DNA of 64,000 nucleotides from an uncultured Vampirovibrio sp. (GTDB lineage Bacteria; Cyanobacteriota; Vampirovibrionia; Gastranaerophilales; Gastranaerophilaceae): NCBI GenBank assembly GCA_964531425.1, contig CAZHEI010000002.1, positions 7,798 to 71,797 of the forward strand, read 5' to 3'. Shown piece by piece: positions 58,753 to 64,000 of this stretch (position 1 is its first letter; each line of letters starts with the position of its first letter). The notes under the pieces were generated by a model. It saw only the letters and a program-made list of their open reading frames with translations, ran no database searches and was not told where the DNA came from. The position numbers and the translations under genes were made by a program.

Positions 58753-60090
58753 ATGCTTCTTAATGTCTTAGAATCATTTTTTGGTAATTATGCAAATATT
58801 CTCTTTTTGATTTTAAATTGTTTCATTCTAATTGTTTTGGTTGCATCTCTTGTTTTTGTAAGAGATACAAGAAAGCGTTGGAATAAAATTACCGATTATT
58901 TAGGAGATGTAACAAAAACTGTTGATTCTGTTCGTTACGGGAATTTGACAAAAAAGATAAACAATTTGGATTTAATTGATTCTCAAGATTTGACTGAAAG
59001 CTTAAATAGAATGATTGAAACTCTAAAAGACAGAGAAATCATGATTGCTGAATATCAAAAGAATTTGATCACACAAAATAAAATACTGGAACAAACTGTA
59101 AATTCTCTTTCTGATGGATTAGTTATTATCGACAAAAATGGCGAAATCTATCGTGCTAATGCTGTAATTACCGATTGGTTTGAAGAAGCTGGAAAATCTA
59201 TTTATGGGAAATCCATTTATGATTATGTTGAAAACTCATCAAATAAACCTATTCACTTACTCCATAATGATGAAATTATTATTCCTAAAAAACGCTCGTC
59301 TAATTTTTCAGCAAGTACCGTTGAATTAAATCTTGCAGATAAACAAGAGAGATTTATGGTTATTATAAAAAATATTACAGACCAAATTGAACTTGAAACT
59401 TTGAAAGAAGACTTTGTTGCAACATTAACACATGACTTAAAAGTCCCAATTATAGCCGAAACAAATATGATTGAATTATTTTTGAGTGAAAGTTTTGGAG
59501 CGATTAGTGAAAAACAAAAATTAGCATTAAAAAATATGCAAATTTCAAATAGAGAACTTTTAGATTTAGTGCAAATAGTTCTTGAAACTTACAAAATAGG
59601 GAAAATCACTCTTTACAAAGAAAGTTTTATGTTAAAAAACTTTGTGAATGAAATTATTGAAGAAATGACCCCGATTGCCCAAAAAACTAAAAATAAGTTT
59701 GAATTTATTCATCCTCGTGATATATGTGTAACAGCTGATAAATTTCAGCTCAAACGTGTTATAAAAAATCTTATTCAAAATGCGATTTCCTATGGAAAAG
59801 CAAATACAAATATTGAAATAAAAATAGGAGAGATTCCTAATTATATTGTAATTAAAGTTAAAGATCACGGAGATGGAATTTCTAAAGAAGATATTGATAG
59901 AATTTTTAATAAGTATTATTCTGCCGCTAAAAAATTTCGTAAAATTGGAACAGGTTTGGGATTATACTTAGCATTACAAATAATAAGAGCTCATAGTGGA
60001 GATTTAACCGTAGACAGCGGTGAAGGAGAATATACGGAATTTTGCATAAAACTTCCTGTTAATTATGAACACAATTCTATACCATACTAA
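58753..60090 (+). CDS. Sensor histidine kinase (TM-HAMP-PAS-HisKA-HATPase)
   Basis: THDLKVP, NLIQNAISY, DHGDGI and GTGLGL motifs. Confidence 0.92.
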   Translation: MLLNVLESFFGNYANILFLILNCFILIVLVASLVFVRDTRKRWNKITDYLGDVTKTVDSVRYGNLTKKINNLDLIDSQDLTESLNRMIETLKDREIMIAEYQKNLITQNKILEQTVNSLSDGLVIIDKNGEIYRANAVITDWFEEAGKSIYGKSIYDYVENSSNKPIHLLHNDEIIIPKKRSSNFSASTVELNLADKQERFMVIIKNITDQIELETLKEDFVATLTHDLKVPIIAETNMIELFLSESFGAISEKQKLALKNMQISNRELLDLVQIVLETYKIGKITLYKESFMLKNFVNEIIEEMTPIAQKTKNKFEFIHPRDICVTADKFQLKRVIKNLIQNAISYGKANTNIEIKIGEIPNYIVIKVKDHGDGISKEDIDRIFNKYYSAAKKFRKIGTGLGLYLALQIIRAHSGDLTVDSGEGEYTEFCIKLPVNYEHNSIPY

Positions 60091-60604
60091 ATTTTTAGAC
60101 TTAAAATCAACTAAAACCAAAAACGGATGTGATTGGTTTTATGCTCATCGTCCAAACGCAAAAGATGTTGTGGTTATTCTTCCTACAACTAAAGAAGAGG
60201 TTTTATTTCTTATTGAGGAACGTCCTCCTATTCAAGCCGAATCAAAAGGTATTTACACAATTGGTTTAGCTGCCGGTTTGGTTGGAGATGAACGATTAGG
60301 AGAAAGCATAGAGAACGCTCTAAAAACAGAATTACTTGAAGAAACAGGACTTATTGCAGAGAATTTTGAAATTAAAGCCAAAAGAGTTGCAAGCTCTGCT
60401 GGTTGCGTATCAGAAACTTGCACAATAGCTATCGCACACATTAAAAATAAAGTTGAAGTTCAACAACCGTTAAGTGATGGCGGTATAATTGTTGATAGAA
60501 TTTGGGTTAGAAAAACTGAAATCAAAAAATGGCTTGAACAAAAAGAAAATGAAGGTTATATTTTGACAGCACAAGCTCTTGCAGCATTATTTTATTTGGA
60601 TTAA
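60065..60604 (+). CDS. NUDIX hydrolase (ADP-ribose pyrophosphatase-like)
   Basis: AGLVGD...ELLEETG Nudix box. Confidence 0.85.
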   Translation: MNTILYHTKFLDLKSTKTKNGCDWFYAHRPNAKDVVVILPTTKEEVLFLIEERPPIQAESKGIYTIGLAAGLVGDERLGESIENALKTELLEETGLIAENFEIKAKRVASSAGCVSETCTIAIAHIKNKVEVQQPLSDGGIIVDRIWVRKTEIKKWLEQKENEGYILTAQALAALFYLD

Positions 60605-60616
60605 TAGGAGTTCATT

Positions 60617-60967
60617 ATGATAACAAAAGGTATACGAGGCGCAATAACCGTTGATGAAAACACACCGGAAGCAATAGGCAGTGCAACAATAAAGCTATTA
60701 AAAGAAATCATGAAGCGTAATAACATTGAAATTCATTTGATTTCACATGCAATATTTTCACTTACTTCAGATTTAAACGCAGATTTTCCTGCAAAATATG
60801 CAAGAATTAACCTAAGGTGGAAAGATATTCCAATGATGTGTTTCAATGAAATCGATGTCACTAATTCATTAAGAATGTGTTTGAGAGTTCTTGTTGTAAT
60901 AAACTGTAGTGAAAATTTTGAACCTGAATTTGTATATTTAGAAGGCGCTGAAGGACTTAGAAAATGA
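60617..60967 (+). CDS. aroH: Chorismate mutase, AroH class
   Basis: GIRGAITV, DLNADFPA and YLEGAEGLR motifs. Confidence 0.9.
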   Translation: MITKGIRGAITVDENTPEAIGSATIKLLKEIMKRNNIEIHLISHAIFSLTSDLNADFPAKYARINLRWKDIPMMCFNEIDVTNSLRMCLRVLVVINCSENFEPEFVYLEGAEGLRK

Positions 60968-61356
60968 AAATTTTAATCGTTGACGACATAAAAGGTTGGA
61001 GAGATTATCATTCTTCAGTTATGCAAAATATGTTTCCTGAATCGGAAATACAAATGGCGGATTCAGCAAGGGCAGGTTATAATAAATTATTAGAAAACAA
61101 CACAGAACCTTTTGATTTAATTTTAACTGACATGCAAATGGAAAACGATTTTGAACCTAAGTATGCAGGAGAATGGTTTATTGAACAAATTAAAACCTTC
61201 AAAAATTTTAATACAACTCAAATCGTTATAATTTCAGCAACATACAATATTGAAACAATCGCTCAAAATTATGGAGTTTATTATTTACGAAAATCAACAG
61301 CAAGAAATTTTCCTGATGCGTATGATTTCTTGAAAGAATTATTTCAAAAAAAATAA
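60964..61356 (+). CDS. Single-domain response regulator receiver
   Basis: ILIVDD, DLILTDMQM and IVIISA motifs. Confidence 0.8.
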   Translation: MKILIVDDIKGWRDYHSSVMQNMFPESEIQMADSARAGYNKLLENNTEPFDLILTDMQMENDFEPKYAGEWFIEQIKTFKNFNTTQIVIISATYNIETIAQNYGVYYLRKSTARNFPDAYDFLKELFQKK

Positions 61357-61377
61357 AAGCCACATCGGTGTGGCTTT
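61356..61377 (+). terminator. Intrinsic terminator
   Basis: AAAGCCACA-TCGG-TGTGGCTTT. Confidence 0.75.
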
Positions 61378-61479
61378 AACTCTCGTTAGATAAAGGAGTG
61401 GAGGAGAAAATAAAGAAAAGAGATTATACTTATTTAATTCCACAGCTTTTAAACTTGATAACACTTTTATATCAAAATT

Positions 61480-61507
61480 GTTACAAAAATACACAAAAAT
61501 TTACAAT
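61480..61507 (+). promoter_or_regulatory. Triple HLR1-like direct repeat upstream of dapB
   Basis: GTTACAAA-AA-TACACAAA-AA-TTTACAAT. Confidence 0.5.
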
Positions 61508-61586
61508 CTAATCCTCAAAACATTGTTACCATAAGGCACTTTTTGTTATATAATTCTAAAGAAAAATTAAGGAGAAGAGGTATTCT

Positions 61587-62336
61587 ATGATAAATGTTGC
61601 AGTATGTGGTGCAAACGGCAAAATGGGGCAAGAAGTTGTAAAAGCGGTTAATAATGCTGATGATATGAGTCTTGTCGCTCAGATAGATATTTTCAACGGT
61701 CAGTTTGCAACAATTAAAGATGCAAAAAATTCAGTTAAAATTGACGTTTTAATTGATTTTACACAACCGGCATCAATATATGAAAATGCATTATATTGTT
61801 TAAATAACGGAATTAAGATTGTTATTGGTACAACCGGACTTTCAGATTCTCAAATTGAAGAATTAAAAAAACTAAGTAAAGAAAAATCAGTAGCATGCTT
61901 AATAGCACCAAACTTCTCAACAGGAGCAGTTCTTTTAATGAAATTTGCACAAATGGCATCTAAATACTTTGATAACGCTGAAATTATTGAACTACATCAT
62001 AATCAAAAGAAAGATGCGCCATCTGGAACTGCTGTAAAAACAGCTTTAATGATGGGTGCAAATGGAAAAGACTATACAAGTGGTAATTGTCCGGAAAAAG
62101 AAACGATTGAAGGTGCTAGAGGAGGAATTTCTTATAACAATATTCACATTCATTCTGTAAGAATGCCGGGTTATATCGCATCACAAGAAGTTTTATTTGG
62201 TGCAAACGGACAAATTATGACAATAAGACATGACTCAATGAACAGAGAATGTTACATGGGCGGAGTTTTATTGGCAACAAGGTATGTAAATGAGCATTGT
62301 GAATTTGTTTATGGGTTAGAAAATATTATGGAGTAA
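61587..62336 (+). CDS. dapB: 4-hydroxy-tetrahydrodipicolinate reductase
   Basis: GANGKMG, GTTG and ELHHNQKKDAPSGTA motifs. Confidence 0.96.
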   Translation: MINVAVCGANGKMGQEVVKAVNNADDMSLVAQIDIFNGQFATIKDAKNSVKIDVLIDFTQPASIYENALYCLNNGIKIVIGTTGLSDSQIEELKKLSKEKSVACLIAPNFSTGAVLLMKFAQMASKYFDNAEIIELHHNQKKDAPSGTAVKTALMMGANGKDYTSGNCPEKETIEGARGGISYNNIHIHSVRMPGYIASQEVLFGANGQIMTIRHDSMNRECYMGGVLLATRYVNEHCEFVYGLENIME

Positions 62337-62347
62337 GAGGGTTGACA

Positions 62348-62382
62348 CCTCACCCCGACCCTCTCCTCACGGAGAGGGAAAG
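62348..62382 (+). repeat. REP-like palindrome between dapB and asd
   Basis: CCTCACCCCGA-CCCTCTCC-TCAC-GGAGAGGG-AAAG. Confidence 0.75.
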
Positions 62383-62455
62383 TAGCGTAAAAGGCGAGGG
62401 GAGTAAGTTACAGTAGATAGGATTTACAAATCCGACAATAGAAAAGGAAAAATCG

Positions 62456-63472
62456 ATGAGAAAACCAAACATAGCAATTTTAGGTGCGACAGGTGTTGTA
62501 GGTAGAGAAATTACAAAGATTACAGATGAACTTGGAGTAGAATTTGAATCAATCAAATTCTTATCAAGTGCCAAAAGTGCAGGAACGAAATTAACTTTTC
62601 AAGGTAAAGAATATACGGTAGAAGAAGCTACTCCAGAATCATTTGACGGAGTTGACATTGTGATGGCATCTGCCGGTGGTTCAACCAGCCAAAAATTTGC
62701 ACCGGAAATTGTAAAACGTGGTGGTTTGATTATTGATAACTCATCAGCTTTTCGTATGGATAAAGATGTTCCTCTTGTTATTGCAGGAGTAAATGATGAA
62801 GATTTAAGACAACACAAAGGGATTATTGCGAACCCAAATTGTTCAACTTCTCAATTAATGTTAGTTCTAGAACCTTTGAATAAAAAATTCGGGATAAAAA
62901 GACTTATTGTGTCAACTTATCAAGCTGTTTCAGGAGCCGGATTAGCTGCAATTAATGAATTAAGAGAAGATACAGTAGCTAACCTTAAAGGGGAACAATT
63001 TGAAAATAAATGTTTCAAAAAACCGATTTCGTTTAACGTTATCCCGCAAATAGATGTTTTCTGTGAAAACGGATATACAAAAGAGGAAATGAAAGTTGTT
63101 AATGAAACAAAGAAAATTCTTCATTTAGCTGAGGATACACCAATTTCTTGCACAGCAGCAAGAGTTCCTGTCTTTAACGGTCATTCAGAGGCTGTTGATA
63201 TTGAATTTGGAGTAAATGTTGGAGTAAAAGAAGTTAGAGAAATTCTCGAAAATGCTTATGGCGTAAAAGTCATTGATAATCCTGAAAACTTTGAATATCC
63301 GACAACTCGTGATGCAAGCGGTGTTGACCCAGTGTTCGTAGGTAGAATTAGAAAAAATTTAGCATTCAATAACGGTATTTCACTATGGTGTGTAGCTGAT
63401 AACCTTAGAATCGGCGCAGCTTTGAATACAGTTAGAATTTGTAAAAAAGTTATTGAAATGGGTTTGTTTTAA
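62456..63472 (+). CDS. asd: Aspartate-semialdehyde dehydrogenase
   Basis: GATGVVG, DNSSAFRM, NPNCST and DNLRIGAA motifs. Confidence 0.97.
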   Translation: MRKPNIAILGATGVVGREITKITDELGVEFESIKFLSSAKSAGTKLTFQGKEYTVEEATPESFDGVDIVMASAGGSTSQKFAPEIVKRGGLIIDNSSAFRMDKDVPLVIAGVNDEDLRQHKGIIANPNCSTSQLMLVLEPLNKKFGIKRLIVSTYQAVSGAGLAAINELREDTVANLKGEQFENKCFKKPISFNVIPQIDVFCENGYTKEEMKVVNETKKILHLAEDTPISCTAARVPVFNGHSEAVDIEFGVNVGVKEVREILENAYGVKVIDNPENFEYPTTRDASGVDPVFVGRIRKNLAFNNGISLWCVADNLRIGAALNTVRICKKVIEMGLF

Positions 63473-63477
63473 AAGTT

Positions 63478-63512
63478 AAAAGGTGGGCAATGCATAAGCA
63501 AGCCCACCTTTT
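63478..63512. terminator. Bidirectional terminator
   Basis: AAAAGGTGGGC-N13-GCCCACCTTTT. Confidence 0.8.
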
Positions 63513-63513
63513 T

Positions 63514-63876
63514 CTATTTTAAACCATTTCCAAAATCATTTTCAATATCTTTTTTTGAGTCTGTTGTAAAGAATTCTTGAAGCTTACTCATTATAGCCTT
63601 ATAGGAATCCTCATTCCATTTTTCACCAACAAAACTCTTTAAAGACTCTAATGCTCTATTAAATTTATCAACTGTGCGCTTTATACCGGCAGTAGTTGGC
63701 ATGTTATCTTGAACGACTTTATAAAGTTCATTTTCTTCAATTGTGCCTTTTTCTCCAAATTCTGAATCGTATTTGGACCAAATACTTTTATTATCTTGCT
63801 TTTCATCTGTCTTTTGCGTTTTCTCATTCTGATTGTTTCTTATCGGTTCTTTTCCTGTAGGATTAATTTGTACCAT
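63514..63876 (-). CDS. Orphan small protein with disordered N-terminus and degenerate EF-hand-like segment
   Basis: MVQINPTG...; YDSEFGEKGTIEENEL. Confidence 0.7.
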   Translation of the reverse strand: MVQINPTGKEPIRNNQNEKTQKTDEKQDNKSIWSKYDSEFGEKGTIEENELYKVVQDNMPTTAGIKRTVDKFNRALESLKSFVGEKWNEDSYKAIMSKLQEFFTTDSKKDIENDFGNGLK

Positions 63877-63909
63877 ACCAATCTACTTTCAATTTATCTT
63901 ACTTTATCT

Positions 63910-63936
63910 TTAACGGCAATTTTCCGAAAAACTTTA
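63910..63936 (-). promoter_or_regulatory. Sigma-28 (FliA/SigD)-type promoter
   Basis: TAAAGTTT-N11-GCCGTTAA versus consensus TAAAGTTT-N11-GCCGATAA. Confidence 0.8.
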
Positions 63937-64000
63937 GCTTTTTATCTATTATTGTTACAAATCTTAATATCTTTTTGGCATAAAATTATAAACTGAAGGA

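Noticed and set aside
3919-62817. Numerous antisense/overlapping ORFs inside housekeeping genes (e.g. 3919..4428, 40656..41069, 54292..54735, 57406..57717)
   Set aside because: Shadow ORFs of well-supported genes on the other strand or frame.

Overview
Low-GC (roughly 30% by eye) bacterial chromosome segment. Gene content and sequence style point to a non-photosynthetic Cyanobacteria relative (Vampirovibrionia/Melainabacteria, Gastranaerophilales-like); this is inferred, not tested. The backbone is housekeeping: era, ribF, dnaB, pgi, mutL, aroC-aroK-aroB, smc, secA, dxr, aroH, dapB, asd, PNP and two tRNA-Lys genes. It also carries an intact flagellar-type type III export gate (fliP-fliQ-fliR-flhB-flhA + PilZ + small membrane protein, with fliO displaced about 6.7 kb) and no rod, hook, ring, motor or flagellin genes in the window. 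About a dozen orphan genes are scattered through it. Several share an Asn/Ile/Ser-rich N-terminus ending in [SNGV]F[KGN]. Three share an exactly spaced bipartite upstream motif (CAATTTT-N11-ATACTTTATATA). One has a near-perfect sigma-28 promoter. HLR1/RpaB-like TTACA direct repeats recur in intergenic DNA. Main hypothesis: a flagellum-derived secretion system with a dispersed, co-regulated effector/translocator repertoire. Also notable: a kink-turn + GNRA structured RNA built from tRNA 5' fragments in the tRNA-Lys(CTT) leader, a 101-bp tandem repeat, several REP-like and mosaic intergenic repeats, and apparent CCGG enrichment. No CRISPR array, integrase or transposase was seen.
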